Below, one piece after another: positions 28,254 through 40,954 of a DNA stretch of 64,000 nt. This DNA is from Xylographa opegraphella (taxonomy: Eukaryota), in contig JALDZX010000027.1 of the NCBI GenBank assembly GCA_022813865.1, positions 186,001 to 250,000 on the forward strand, in the 5' to 3' direction. Position 1 is the stretch's first letter. The number at the start of each line of letters is the position of its first letter. The notes beneath the pieces are model-generated. The model was not told the origin of the DNA and made no database searches. It was given only the letters and a program-made list of their open reading frames with translations. Made by a program: the position numbers and the translations under genes.

Positions 28254-30320
28254 TGTGAAGGAGATAGAGGATAAAGTGTCTTGTCTTGTCAAAGGTTGTT
28301 TTCGAAGTGTATGATGTCTTCGATCGAGGATGTTTGCGATGTGTGAAGTTCTGTTGAATGGTTGTGGGAGAGAGAATAAAGAGGTCACCTATCCTAATGT
28401 TTTGTTGATGGTTTGAGTAGGAAAACAGAAGGTGCTTGAGGGGAAATGAGGGTGATTATATATTGCTGCTAAGAGTTCTATGACAGTGTCCCTTAGCGGA
28501 GCTGCCAGGGGCTTGTGCTCAAAGTGATGGTTGTATAGCAACGAGGCTTATTTTGCGTGATTGAGTGTCACAAACTGGAGTAGTCACCAATCGGAGTCCC
28601 GTGTTGCGTATATTGAGGTCATGCATCATAGGTCTGATACCATTTCCTGATTCATCAACGAGGGTATGACCACAAAGACTCAAGAACATACCCGTGCTGT
28701 CGACTCATGACGGGTAGTACATACCCAATCATCTTCTAGGCATGCAGTAGCACCGACAGAGCTTGTCGGTGAATGATTATCAAGCATATATTGATTTATG
28801 AGCAGACCCTGTCTCCAGTTATTCACTACTCCATGGCGACCTCTTGCCCTTCGGGTCCTTCGGGTAGTTGAAATTATGTACGTTGATATTTAAGTGGTAT
28901 TTCTTATGAATACAGCTATGGCATTGATGCGAGTAAAGCGTTGAAACCTGACTCGGAGGTTGAGTGTAAATAAAGAACATTCAAGTCTAGGATGGCTGAG
29001 TTACTCGATTCTTTAATTCAACAGGATAAATTTGATGTAAATTTGATGTAAATTTGATTGGCCAGATATGAAGCAAAGCCCAAGTTGTCCTATTAGCGTG
29101 GATGGTTGGGTAAGAAAGCTCCACAAATTAGTAGCGTCGTCGAACGCTAGTGAGCTATTGTAGCACTTGAACAACGAGTATAGGAAATGCTTTGGTGATT
29201 TGCAGATCAAGGATAATTGTGGGAGCTGAAAAACGGTTGGATATGCTCTGACATATGCACCTGTGCTCTTCATCGAGGAACAACGCGCCGGGGTTTGTCT
29301 GAGCGGAATCTGAAACCATGTAGGGCACGCCCGTCGATGGACAAGCGCAAGGTACCTCCAATAAACCCCATCAGCAATTTCTGAACTAGACCGGCGTCTG
29401 AGACAAATTCCTCAGAAACCTGTCATTCTGCACAGCACAGGTGAACACAAAAGACTCAATGCCTTACCAGCACAGCCAAGGACATACCACGTTGGAATAA
29501 TGACGGAGCTAGTTGGACACCGGAATGAATGTTATCCTTGGTCCAGACTTAAGAAATGAACGGATCATGAATCTGCAGTACTGATCTCGGTATTTGTCTT
29601 GGGTGATCGCTGTCTCGATGTCTGGACTTGGTCCACAAACTCCACAACTCCGGAGCTCTCCAAAGTAAAGTATTACATTCTGACGGCTCATCACGGCCGA
29701 TGACTGCTGAGCGAAGGCAAAACTTTGATATCTGGATGCCCCCAACACCTCGAATAGCTTCGCCGTTTTTAGGCCGACCAGGCATTGAAACAAGTGAAGA
29801 GTGTCATGAAGACGATATAGACTTAATATAGAGATACATTAAGAAATTACGAATCCAAAGACTCTGGACCTTCTACATACTTTCAAGACTCAAATTGCAG
29901 AGGAGGAGGTCCTTGTTGGCTGGCAATCGACCCAGTTGCCAATTACCGATCTTTCTGTACTTATTTCTTTCTCTGAGCCTATGAAGCTGGGAACATGAAC
30001 AATCATACACAATCATCACGATCTAGTTTCCACCAGATATTGTTTCGATGTGCATCGTGGGCCCGTGTACGCTTCGAGTCTAGGTACTGCTGAGGCAGTC
30101 GAGGACAAATGGGTACTAACTTGGTGGTCCGTGCAGCGAAATCTTGGCAGCCGACCTCATTCAAGGCCGATGTAAGGTGCAACCTCATCCACTCACATTG
30201 GCCCAACTCTCGTCGCCAAAGCTGCTGGAGCAAAACCACCCGTAACTCGAAAGTCGTCTGCAGAACAGAAGTCTTCGTCTATCGGTGACACATGTCCGTG
30301 CGCAGAAGAGGGAAGTGAGG

Positions 30321-33300
30321 ATGGACGATGGTCAAGAGGCGGACGACGTTGATGGGCAAGGAGAGGGACTCTCTCCGCTACTCGAAAGGGATGGTTTCAC
30401 CGAGGGTGTAAACGAAGAGAGACCTGTAGCACAACCTGGCTCGAGGTCTCCAAGTCCAAAGCTGCCAGTGATACATCCTCCAGCCCACTCGCCGCGAGCG
30501 GTCCTACAAGCGCAAGATGAAACTGCAATTAACGGAATCCCCCGAAATGGCGCCGTTGGCACCAAAGAGCTTGCGCAAGATGTAGTTTCATTCTCTTCCA
30601 TCACTCATGCCTTGTTGCCGGACCATCAAGCTGCACCAACTTCTATCCTCGAGGGCGCCCAAGATGGGAATAGCGCGGCAGATCAGCGAACAGAAAGACA
30701 AGACAAAGAAGTGCAAATACAATACATTGGGAATGGAGATACTGTTGATGGTGAACTTCAGGCCACAGCGGTTTTTCCCTATGGATCGTCCATTGCAGAT
30801 ATCGCAGTCCTTGACTCTGCAGCCTCCATGACCGGGACAGACTGCCCAACAAGAATCCAGGCTTTTGCCAAACTAGAGTTTGACGACGGGCAATTCTACA
30901 TGAACACGTATTCGGTCGAGTTGGGCAGAGATATTCGTGCTGCACGTGTGGCTTTCCAAAGCGGCTTCAGCTCAGACCATGAAGTGACTAGACGGTCTCA
31001 CAAGCGGAGCAATAGCAGTGCAGACGCAAACCAGGTTGGACGAGCTTTGAAACAAGAAGAAAGCCGAACAATGGCAAATAGCGTCGTGAGTGAGACTGGT
31101 GGCATTATTGGACTTGATATATCTGATCCGGAAAACCGACGGAAATCCCGAAGGAGAAAGGCGAAGTCTACTAGCTCCTCATCCCACAACATATCTCGAA
31201 AAAGCTCGATGCGTATTGTGGCACCGCAGACCGATTACCAGTCCTTAGCGATGGCGTCGTTGACCGATCCACGGTCTATCGATGCTCTAACGTTCTTGCC
31301 GTCCCCCGAAGAATGCCCCCTAATCCCTATACACCCACCGGCTGTAGCTGAAGGAAGCAGTACTGGACATCGAGGCATCTCACGTAGGCATGTAAGGATT
31401 GCCTACAATTTTGAGAGACGGCTTTTTGAGCTGGTGGTCCAAGGTAAGAATGGTGCTTTTGTGGACGAACAGTACTTGGAAGCAGGGGAGACTCAAGAGC
31501 TCAAAAGCGGGAGCTACATTCAGATAGGAGGGGTCGGTATCCGTTTCGTTCTACCTGATGTTGCTATTGGTGAAACTGGTGCAGAAGGTACTCTTGGCTC
31601 TGATCTACTTTCAGGCGGGGCTATGAGCTTCGACTTTGAAGACGGCAGAGGCGAAAGTCTCACCATGGCCGACAGTGAAGTTTCCACGACCGGCGATGAT
31701 GATGAATCACTGCCAAACGGTGAAAGGGAAGTTCGAGGCCCTAACCGATTCCAAAATCTAGACGACGGAGAAGATCTTGAGGCGGATGGAGACGACGACT
31801 CGGACTCGGACTCGGACTCGGACTCAGGGGACGAGCTTGAAGACGAAATTCAAGAGCAGAAAACGGTTAGACGACCTAAGATATCCTTGAAAATATCAAA
31901 GCCGAAACCAGAGGCGAAACCGGAGCCTGAGACTGTATTTGATCCGTCAGTGATACCGCCTCGGAGAAAGGGTCCCGGTAGGCCTCCTAAGAATGGAATT
32001 ATATCCAAAAGGGAGCAGGCTCTTATTGCCAGGCAAGCCAGAGAAGCGGCAAAAGCGGAAGCTTTGAAGAACGGAACTGGCAAACCTGGCAAGGGAAAAA
32101 GTGGGAAGCCAAGCAACGATGACACCGCTACGCCTCCTCTTTCCGAAGTCAAGACAGAAAAACGGAAATATACGAAACGTAAAAAGGCCGAGGACCAAAC
32201 AGAAGAACCGCCTGAGACGAGGGAGATGACAGAAAAGACCGATTCTATTCCTCCAGAACAGGCTTTACCAGCGCCACCTCCTAAACCTGCAAAGGAGAAA
32301 CGGCCGCCGAAGCCTCCAAGATCTCCATCGCCGGTGTTCGACGAAGCAACTCTTACTCCAGAACAACTTGCAAAGCCAGCTCAGTCTTACGTTATTCTGA
32401 TTCACGAAGCCTTGACCAACTCCAAGACTGGAGCCATGTCCCTCCCTCAGATCTACAGGGCCATCGAAAGACGATACCCTTATTACAAACTTCGTGTTCA
32501 AACCACAGGTTGGCAAAGTAGCGTTCGACACAATCTTTCACAGCATCCGGCTTTTCGCAAGATTGAGCGGGATGGCAAGGGATGGATGTGGGGATTGGTT
32601 CCCGAGATTTCAATCGAGAAGGAAAAGAAACGAAGACCCTCCCCACCGCTTGTGCCGCCCCAGCATTATCATCCACCGGGTCCCCACATGTACCGTCCGC
32701 CTTACCCCTATCCGAGCATGCCACCTCCAAATGGTCATCTTCCCCCACCAATGGGTCATCCTCCATACGCAATGCTGCCTGGCATGCCACCACCGCCTCA
32801 TGGCTACCCTCCATATCCCGGCGGTGTGCCTCGTGCACTTAATGGCGTTCCATTGCCCCTGGCTGCTCAGACTGATAATGATTCAACTTATCGTTCTCCG
32901 TATCAACCACCGCCACCGTCGCAACCGGCAGCGCCATCACAGCCGCAGCCTCAGACATCCCCAGAGCAACCTCCGTCCTCGGCACGGATACCCCAAGTAA
33001 CTGTACCGGACCCATCCAATACTAAAGATTTATCAACGAATGCTCCAAAGCAAACCCCGCCTCCACCGCCGATAGCAGGACCACCTTACCACCACCCAAG
33101 TAACCCTGCTCCCAACAGGTCTCCACAACAAAGCACCAAAGCCCCGACTCCGGCTCCCTCCCACCACGACAACTCCATAGGCCAAAGCATCCTCAAATCC
33201 GTCGGCGACTTCAAATCAGTCCTCCTCGCATCCCTCAGCTACAAGCCCAACGCTGAAGAAATCGTCCAGCAAGCCATTAACCGCACCCTCGGCATCGCCG

Positions 33301-33890
33301 TCGCGGCCGAAGAGTTCCCCGAGGAAGCCCCCATCATGAGCGCCCTCCGCACCATGATCGACGGCATGAGGCAGAAGGACCGAGCTCAGCGCCAAGCTTC
33401 CACTCCCGCTCCCCTCTCCGCTCACGAAACCCCCAAGCCGCAAGTACCAGCTTCAGACATTCACGCTCCGCCGCCACCATCCCCGTCCGCTCCGCCACCA
33501 CCGTATCCTGGTCCGGCCGACGCCGCAACTGTCCAGCCGCCGCCGCCGCAAACCAGTCCCTCGCAGGCGCAGCTGCTCGCAATCCTGCAGCGCCTCGAGC
33601 CTCGCAAGCCCCCAGACACTACGCCGAACCAAGCGAAGCTGGTGGCAGTGCCAGCCAACACCACGGCACCAGACGTCCCCGGTAGCACATCGCCCGCATC
33701 GGAGCAGAAAACTCCAGCCGGGAGAGCCGAGACCCCAGAACACACCGCACTCGCGCCGAACGGAGTCGTGGCGCTCGAGGGCGCGAAGAACGTGAATACG
33801 AAGCGCGGATTGGACGACGATGATGAGGACGCCGTCGAGGAGCCGGGGATCGGGGCCGGGCTGCGGCAGGCGAAGCGTGTTGCCGTTTAA
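30321..33890 (+). CDS. FHL1: FHA + forkhead transcription factor, Fhl1-like
   Basis: FHA pieces IQAFAKLEFDDGQFYMNTYSVELGRD, ISRRHVRIAYNF, GKNGAFVD; AT-hook-like KGPGRPPK; forkhead KPAQSYVILIHEAL..WQSSVRHNLS..GKGWMW. Start is uncertain: a spliced start from ATG 30048 (introns 30067-30136, 30172-30263) also stays in frame. Confidence 0.88.
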   Translation: MDDGQEADDVDGQGEGLSPLLERDGFTEGVNEERPVAQPGSRSPSPKLPVIHPPAHSPRAVLQAQDETAINGIPRNGAVGTKELAQDVVSFSSITHALLPDHQAAPTSILEGAQDGNSAADQRTERQDKEVQIQYIGNGDTVDGELQATAVFPYGSSIADIAVLDSAASMTGTDCPTRIQAFAKLEFDDGQFYMNTYSVELGRDIRAARVAFQSGFSSDHEVTRRSHKRSNSSADANQVGRALKQEESRTMANSVVSETGGIIGLDISDPENRRKSRRRKAKSTSSSSHNISRKSSMRIVAPQTDYQSLAMASLTDPRSIDALTFLPSPEECPLIPIHPPAVAEGSSTGHRGISRRHVRIAYNFERRLFELVVQGKNGAFVDEQYLEAGETQELKSGSYIQIGGVGIRFVLPDVAIGETGAEGTLGSDLLSGGAMSFDFEDGRGESLTMADSEVSTTGDDDESLPNGEREVRGPNRFQNLDDGEDLEADGDDDSDSDSDSDSGDELEDEIQEQKTVRRPKISLKISKPKPEAKPEPETVFDPSVIPPRRKGPGRPPKNGIISKREQALIARQAREAAKAEALKNGTGKPGKGKSGKPSNDDTATPPLSEVKTEKRKYTKRKKAEDQTEEPPETREMTEKTDSIPPEQALPAPPPKPAKEKRPPKPPRSPSPVFDEATLTPEQLAKPAQSYVILIHEALTNSKTGAMSLPQIYRAIERRYPYYKLRVQTTGWQSSVRHNLSQHPAFRKIERDGKGWMWGLVPEISIEKEKKRRPSPPLVPPQHYHPPGPHMYRPPYPYPSMPPPNGHLPPPMGHPPYAMLPGMPPPPHGYPPYPGGVPRALNGVPLPLAAQTDNDSTYRSPYQPPPPSQPAAPSQPQPQTSPEQPPSSARIPQVTVPDPSNTKDLSTNAPKQTPPPPPIAGPPYHHPSNPAPNRSPQQSTKAPTPAPSHHDNSIGQSILKSVGDFKSVLLASLSYKPNAEEIVQQAINRTLGIAVAAEEFPEEAPIMSALRTMIDGMRQKDRAQRQASTPAPLSAHETPKPQVPASDIHAPPPPSPSAPPPPYPGPADAATVQPPPPQTSPSQAQLLAILQRLEPRKPPDTTPNQAKLVAVPANTTAPDVPGSTSPASEQKTPAGRAETPEHTALAPNGVVALEGAKNVNTKRGLDDDDEDAVEEPGIGAGLRQAKRVAV

Positions 33891-34486
33891 GAAGATGGAA
33901 TGGGGATTTCTATGAAGGGGGGGGAAAGAAGAGGTGGGGAATTTGACATTGGGTGGACTTTTTATTGGCAGGCTGGTTTTTCTCTGCGGACCTTTTAGGA
34001 GATAGTTAGATACCCCCCTTTATCTAGCGAGCATTTATTGCGTAGTCGCTACTTTGGCCCGTCGTTCCACGTGCTTGCTTGCTGTTTCATGGTGGGGCAT
34101 TCGTTTCGGTAGGGTACGGTAGGGTCGGTGGGTGGTGTGCCCAGGGCGATAAGTACGCCGCACAGTGCAGCAGCAGCGTACCCGGGGACGCGAGAAACAT
34201 TCACTAAAACTGGGGGGGGGTGGTGGTGGAGCACGGGTCCCCGGTTCACGGCTACAGCAGGCTACAGTGCATAATGGACCGACACACACATTCCCACCTG
34301 TAGATCTCGATTCGACAACTCTGCCCGCGCCGAACGTCCGCGGGAGTCGGGACAGCTTTCCGTACGTACATGATTCCCAAGGCGAATACGCACCTCCGAG
34401 GCTCTAGTGTCCCGCGCAATGCCGTAAAGTAGATGAAAACGCCTGCCGTGAAACGCCGGGAGGGGATGAGATCCGGGCCGCTTTCC

Positions 34487-34516
34487 CTCCTCCTCCTCCT
34501 CCTCCTCCTCCTCCTG
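34487..34516. repeat. (CCT)n microsatellite in the SNF7 3' region
   Basis: About 10 tandem CCT units. Confidence 0.85.
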
Positions 34517-34588
34517 CTGCGGGCCGTGGACATGTGGTGATGGTACTGGGGTGGGGGTGACCACACCCGAGGGCGCCGGGGGGTAAAG

Positions 34589-35597
34589 CTACATGGCCAT
34601 CTCGGCCTGCAGTTTGCGCAGCTCCTCCTCCTCGTCCTCGTCTTCGTGCATGGGCTTCGTGGCTGCTCGGCCGGGTACTGTTCGCGCAGTCGAGTTAGTA
34701 TTGCGTTTGAAAAGCGTTGCGTTGAGCTCGCTGACTGGCTTGCTTCTGTGCTTGGCATGGAGGGACGAGGTAACTTACATTCGCCATGGAGGCCCGTCGG
34801 CAGTTGTGGTACCGTCATGCCCGTGTTCGTCATCTTTTCGTCCAGGTTCTCTTGCTCCAACCGCGAGATCTCATCTTCCAGCTCCGACTCATCGATCGGC
34901 TCGCCGGCTTGCGGGCCGTTGGCGATGGCGTTGCCGATTTCTTCAGCGAGGGCGCGCTGTTCGCCCAATCCTTCCCTGTAGAGCAGAACGCACGATTTAG
35001 TAAGTAATGGTTTCTCAAAATGTAGGTTAACCTCTGGCAGGGTGGGGGAGATAGGGGTCACAACGTACATTATATCGTCGACCTTATCGATCGTCAGATT
35101 ACCGTGAATATCCTTCATTGCCTTGCTGGCATTCTTCATCGCCAGTAGCGTTTCTTGGTTGATGTTTGCGGATTCGATGGAGTAGATCTGGTTCTCGAGC
35201 ATGGATATCTGAGCGGAGGTTTGCTCGAGGGAGTGCTCGTGAGCCTTTTTGCGCTTGAGGGCTGTGCGCGCCGCTGTTTGCCAAAACGTTGAATATCAGC
35301 TCCATTAACCACCTTTAACATATTTTCACAAAAGCCCTCATTCAACCATCCCTCTACACCACGTGAGGCCGCCAGCACCTTACAAACGTAGCGTATGAGT
35401 AGCCAAGGAAACGACCTACCAGTCTTATTCGTGCTCACATTCATCTTCGCTATCTTCTCCTGCTCCGCCATCTGGTTCTCCAGGTGCTTCTCCCGCTTCT
35501 GCAGCATATCCAACTGCTGCCGCAGGTCGAGGATGGCTTTCTTCGGCGCATCTTTCCGCTTCTGCGCCCCGCTGCCGCCGAACCATGTCCCCCACAT
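34589..35597 (-). CDS. SNF7: ESCRT-III subunit Snf7/Vps32
   Basis: KDAPKKAILDLRQQLDMLQKREKHLE, ARTALKRKK, IYSIESANINQETL..AMK, IDESELEDE, C-terminal EEEELRKLQAEMAM*. Three introns (~35418-35276, ~35068-34976, ~34778-34678). Confidence 0.93.
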
Positions 35598-36114
35598 GCT
35601 GATAGGTATGTCCTCTACCAGGACCTATTAGACAAAACCCAATCTTTGTTTCGGCTTTCTGAGAAGCTTTGATGGGGGAGTTGGGGCTGGTGTCCGCAGC
35701 GGTTGAATGTGGCCAGATGCGTTGCAAAAGAGACAAAAAACGGAGGGCACGCAGAGAGGCAGCAGCGGAGTAAAGTTGCGACTTAGGAAGCCGGTAGAGG
35801 TCTCGCTGAATCGCTTTAAGAGTACAGAATTTTCTCTGAGAGGCTTCGCAACGTCGAGGCTTGTATATCGTTGCCTTGGCTCTGAAATATGCGGATGATG
35901 TCTGAGGGCGCCTTATGACATAGCTTTAGTCTACACTAGCGCAAACGGCCGATACGGATCACGTGCCTCAACACCCTGTTTCATGACAATCCCTACCAAG
36001 TGGCTTGTGTCTGTAAAGGCCGCAACAGAAAGGTCGGCTCTACCCCGTACAGCAATTTACAAGGGTACAATTGTGCCAGTGCCTGGGCGAGAAGCATGTC
36101 GCTCCCACCATACC

Positions 36115-36635
36115 ATGAGCAACCCTCTGCCTAGCACGCTCGTTTTCCTGTCCGACCTTCGCCATATGGCACCTGGGTCCAAGGTGCGCTTTCTAGGATG
36201 GTATGCTCCTTTGCAATCTACCAGGATACAGTTATACGAATATACTTACCGGAGACCGTCAACAGTGTCACAAAATACTCCACCAAAAGTGGCGTGCTGT
36301 GCCTCGAGCATTCGCAGCCAGCAACGGCACATAAGCGACCAAATGTCGCGATGGCCGCAGTTGACGTCACGCTTTTGCTGGAGACGTTGAAGACTACGGA
36401 TACTCAGATTGGAGAGTGGGTCAACGTGATAGGGTACGTCAACGAGAGATGTCAAGAAGGGGGTAAGACGGAATCGACGGTGAAAGCGTTGATGTTGTGG
36501 TCTGCTGGGGCCGTCAACATATCAGAGTATGAGGCTGGAGTGAAGGACAGGAAGAAATACGAGCAATCACACAAAGTTCGCGAGCACCCGTACGGCAAGT
36601 GCATGCAAAGATCCGTAAATTTAAAATTCAAGTGA
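36115..36635 (+). CDS. TEN1: CST telomere-capping subunit Ten1 (OB fold)
   Basis: PLPSTLVFLSDL...GSKVRFLG-CVTKY...VDVTLLLETL...IGEWVNVIGYV...VKALMLWSAG matches fungal Ten1; intron 36201-36265. Confidence 0.85.
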
Positions 36636-36990
36636 TGCTTCATGTGATTTCTACCCATTAATCGAGAGTACAGCTCTTGTTGCTATCGATTCAAAAAGTA
36701 GTGGCAACGACTGCTGTAGCTCAACGCACAAAGAAGAATACCGCAACGCCTCTCAGATCTTCCAGTCCGATCAAGCTGGACGGATTATGTACATGGCTTC
36801 AAAACTCCGACCAGTCGCGGATTACGCATAACCAGCGAAGAGTTTTAGATGCACTTCTTTTGTACATGATCCTATACCATACCGATGCCAGTCTCTAACC
36901 AGTCAGACCAATGCATGTGTGTCATGTTGATTCGTTATCGTCGAATGTGTCGGAACGGCAGGCTATCCCTGTAACCTATGATTCAAAGTT

Positions 36991-38921
36991 TCAAGAATAT
37001 CTCCGTGGGCCAGCCATGACCTGCTGGCTATTTTGCATTGCCATGTTGTATGGATTGGAATGGTTGCCGTAGTCTCCGCCCGGTCCATGCTGCATATATG
37101 CCGCAACACCTTGTGTTTGCTGTGATATTGGGCAATCTTTGTGCGCAATCAATATCGTCTTCAGATTGAGAATCTCCTCTCTCAACTGCGTCACTTGAGC
37201 TGACAGTGCGTCGTTCTCGCTACTGAATATCTCCACTTTCGCTTGGAGGTTAGCAAGCCATTGCTTCTTGCGCTGTCGGCATTTCAAGGCAGCGACTCTG
37301 CATAGTGATCAGCGTCTTCCACATGTCAATTTGAAGCAACGTTCATACCTGTTCCGCTCGAGAAAGTTCTTTCGTTTTTCTTCGTCGGTCATCTTTTTTC
37401 CATTCTCGTGATACTGCTCTTCTTTGATGTTCGCCTCTTCCTCCGAGTCCATACCGTCCATATCCATGTCCATATGGGCGGTCGCAGAAACTACTGTTGT
37501 CCCATTATTGTTTTTCCCTTTCTTCGCAACTGGCTGCTTGGAAGGGGTGTCTTCTGCTTTTCTCCGTCCATTGACGACCTTACCAGAGGATGTTCTCTTT
37601 GCTTTTGCTCTCGTGTTTGGCTTCGATTGATCCATTCCATCCGAGACGTCCCCACTAATCTCACTTTGGTCTCGTGCTGAGCCTGATATACTGCCTCCTA
37701 ACGATCCAGTCATATTTCGGGTGGTCCGCTTTGCCACCGTGGGCGAGGTCTCTTGTGAATGGGAACCCATGGGCATCGTGTGTGCTGGTTGATTGGGTAC
37801 AGCGAATTGATTATTTGACTGCGTTTCATTGCCCGCTTGTGCCAAGAGGAACAAACCATTCGCAGCATCATTATCATGTTGTCCGAAGTGCTGATGCGCA
37901 GCTTTCTGTTGAGCGGAAGGATCCATGTTCGCCACCTGTGCGCGGTGCTCTTGTGGCTGAGATGTGATCCCGTTGGTGTAGTTATGGTTCTCAAGCTTTC
38001 GAGCAGCAGCAGCGCTAAGGGCAGTCCGATGGAATTCTAGGGTACCGGGAGTCGCGCCTCCACCTGCCAGTTGTTGAAACAGTGCTTGAGAGTTCGGACT
38101 AGGGGCCGGAAACATAGAACCACCCCCGCCGGGTGTCAGTCCGGTTCGCAGCGAGGACTCGTTGGGCGTAGGGAATCCACCTCGGATGTGACTGTCGAAG
38201 TAGTCGCCCCCCGTAGGTCCACTGAGCATAGCAGGACTGAGCGGACCCGATCGCAGCGAGTTGGACCAGCTGTAGCCACCAGCCAGACTAGCGTTGCCCG
38301 TCAGAGGCGCGGGAGATGTCAGTGCTGCGACTGAAGGCAACAAGGACTTTCCAGGAGTTTCAGTCGACGGATTGCCGAAGGACTGTTCGAAGAGATTGGG
38401 CTCGAGAGAGTAGTGGCTATTGTGGACTGAGGAAAAGTAATCGGGTGTGTCTGTCGGGTTCTGCGGTTGCGGTTGCGCTGGTCGTGGTGGTGGAGCGAGC
38501 GGCTGAGCGATCTCCGCATTGGAGGGTGGCTTCACGTCTTTCGTCTCGATATTGTGGAGATTTGGTTGGTTTGTCGATGCTGGATCTGATGACCGTTAGT
38601 CCAGGCGCAATGGTCGGGACGATAAGATGAAAGTGCGCTGGATTCTGTGCGTCCATACCTGTCCGAGGTGGCGATTTGCTTTCGACGTCTTGATGCGACT
38701 GCGACGACTCGGCCTTGGATGTGTCTATACAGTGCTCATGAATCAGCCATGTATCTCGAAAATGCGACGGTGTTGTCAGCCAGGGCCGGTCGAGTACCAG
38801 GGCACCCTGCGGAAGTAGCATGAATCGAGCGGGTCGATAACAATCAGTAGACACTAGACCGGATGTACCTACTTTCTGTTTTCACGGCATGGTCCATATG
38901 GTCAGGCGTCTGGTGTTGCAT
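36991..38921 (-). CDS. atf1: bZIP stress transcription factor Atf1/AtfA
   Basis: Atf1-family motifs SLEPNLFEQSF, SLRSGPLSPAML, FPTPNESSLRTGLTPGGGG; bZIP MTDEEKRKNFLERNR-VAALKCRQRKKQWL. ATG at 38921; introns ~38872-38725, ~38658-38586, ~37348-37298 keep the frame. Confidence 0.92.
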
Positions 38922-39620
38922 GTGGGAGGAGGAAAGGCTCGATGACGAAATGGGGAAGTAGGAACTGCGAACACACAAGCAGCAGCGCCGACAAAGTAGC
39001 GGCAATCAAGTATAATCCCAGCGCCAAACAATGTCTTGAGCACGGTAGGCTCGAAGCTGGGGAGCGTCTTGTTTGGACCGAGACGTAGGGTGACGTGCGA
39101 TGGAGGGAGCGATGATGTCGTTGCGTCGAGGATTTGACGATCTTGCGGCTTGATTTCGCTTGTCGAAAGCTCACTAGCAGAATCCGACAAAGGGGAAGCG
39201 GTCTTTGGAGGGAATCACGACAACTGCGCTCGTTGCACAGCGACTTCGAATCACTCGTCGACGACCGATATCTGCTGGGTTGCGATGATTCCGGTGATGA
39301 AGAATGCAGAGTTGCAAAGTGCACGACGCACTTCTGGATGATAACAACCCACCGACTAGCGAAAGAGCTACGGATCCGATTTAGTGGCGAAAAGCTCTCC
39401 TCCCTCCTGCCTACATGCTACGAGCGCCGAGCGGTGCTTCTGGCACCCATCATCACACGCCCACTATTGGCTCTACAGCAGCACCGTTTTCGCCGTCGTA
39501 CCCTTCGTCTGGCGAGCAACGTCCTCTCCCCGTGTTCCTGCTGCTTCGTCGCCCTCTCCACACGCCTCTCCGCGACGATGCAACTCACCGTCGTGGAGGG
39601 TGCCAACCACGTTTTCATTG

Positions 39621-39628
39621 TGACGTAA
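39621..39628. promoter_or_regulatory. ATF/CRE-type site TGACGTAA upstream of atf1
   Basis: Exact TGACGTAA about 700 bp upstream of the atf1 ATG; a second TGACGT core at ~39091. Confidence 0.45.
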
Positions 39629-40728
39629 TGGGCAGTCCCGCGCTAGCAAGGATCCGGTGGAGATTTTTCTCCTCCTCGGCTTTGTCATGCCGGAAGCGAC
39701 CCGTCGAATGAATTGATGGGAGAAGGCGATGAACGCAAAGACAGCGGTCGTATCTATGCACGCAGAACAATAGTCGGCTACATTTCCCAGCGGATGGTCA
39801 CTGCAGCAAAGGATTTTTGTTTGACGAACGCCCGGTTTCTTCGCTATTGGACGCGAGATCCAGCCTTTTAGCGGATATCAAATGCCAGCTCGCTATTTAC
39901 TGCAAACTCAGGCCAATTCTTCCGCGAAACTCCAAGTTATAATCTTTTCAATGTCTTTTAATTGACTTATACAAAAGCCAAGATACTATGGCGCCAACCT
40001 AAAGCTCTTGGATACGAGAAAAGGCTACTACTCAAGAGGTTGGAAACGTCTTCAGCGAATCATCGGATGTATACAATATCTATACCGTGAGATCGTAGTC
40101 TCCGAGCGAGGTTCCCGTTGATTGATAACCCACAAATACTAGTTCTCATTTACACCAAGACAGAGCACATAGGCACGTTTTGCTGTTTCAAAAGTCTGTA
40201 TTCTATTCTCTCAAAGCATTCAGGTGTGTTGCAATCAACAAGAATATCTAATAGCGTCACCGTCTACAACGCTTTTGATATTTCTACCTGCTCAACCATA
40301 GCATATACTTCCAAACCGTGAGCCTTCCTCCGCCGTGCGTGTGGCTCGACGCCCTGTGCCCTCGTCACCCTTGTCTTCGTGTCACTCCAGCTCTACTGGA
40401 AATCTTTTATTTCCCCCGTTGTGTAAGATGTCGCGATCAGTTCCGCGACTGCGACTGAATACGCAAGGACATTGAATGGCCTCAGTGTACTGTCGAATAA
40501 CTCAACGTGTCGAATGCATTCTGCATGCCCGACGAGGCAGTAGTGTTTCTTGTAGTAACGAGCCTAACTTCCTGGGCTGATTTCATCATGTGTTTCAGCC
40601 TCTGCTGAATCTGGCTCAGGTTCTCGGTCGCTTCGATTGTATCGGTGGACGCTCCGTTCGTTTGTACGTCCGCGCTTGCTCGCGGCTGTTGGTGGCGTTT
40701 TTGTGCTGCGAAAATTGTTAATTATTTC

Positions 40729-40915
40729 GGTATTTGTGTGGAGGCTATTACTGTAAGCCCATTCGGCCAGTGGCAAGTAATCCACCCAGTTTTCTTGAAT
40801 TCAATCCACGAAAGCTCGTAGCGGCTACTTCATGGTTGTGGACGTGGCGTTCCGATTGTCGATCAGACTGCGGATGGTAAGCTGCGGATAAACAGGACCT
40901 GATTTTCAGAGCTTT
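40729..40915 (-). mobile_element. Degenerate Ty3/Gypsy LTR-retrotransposon integrase fragment
   Basis: Minus-strand translation KALKIRSCLSAAYHPQSDRQSER / (frameshift) MK*PLRAFVD*IQENWVDYLPLAEWAYSNSLHT matches the Gypsy integrase signature STAYHPQTDGQTER..LRAFV..Q.DW...LPLAEFAYNNS.H. Confidence 0.85.
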
Positions 40916-40954
40916 CGAATCGCGTTCCCCTTAACGGGTTGGACGGCATGTTTG

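Noticed and set aside
29000..29800. Short ORFs and a GTATGT donor between the Cys-rich gene and FHL1
   Set aside because: No coherent gene model or recognisable homology.
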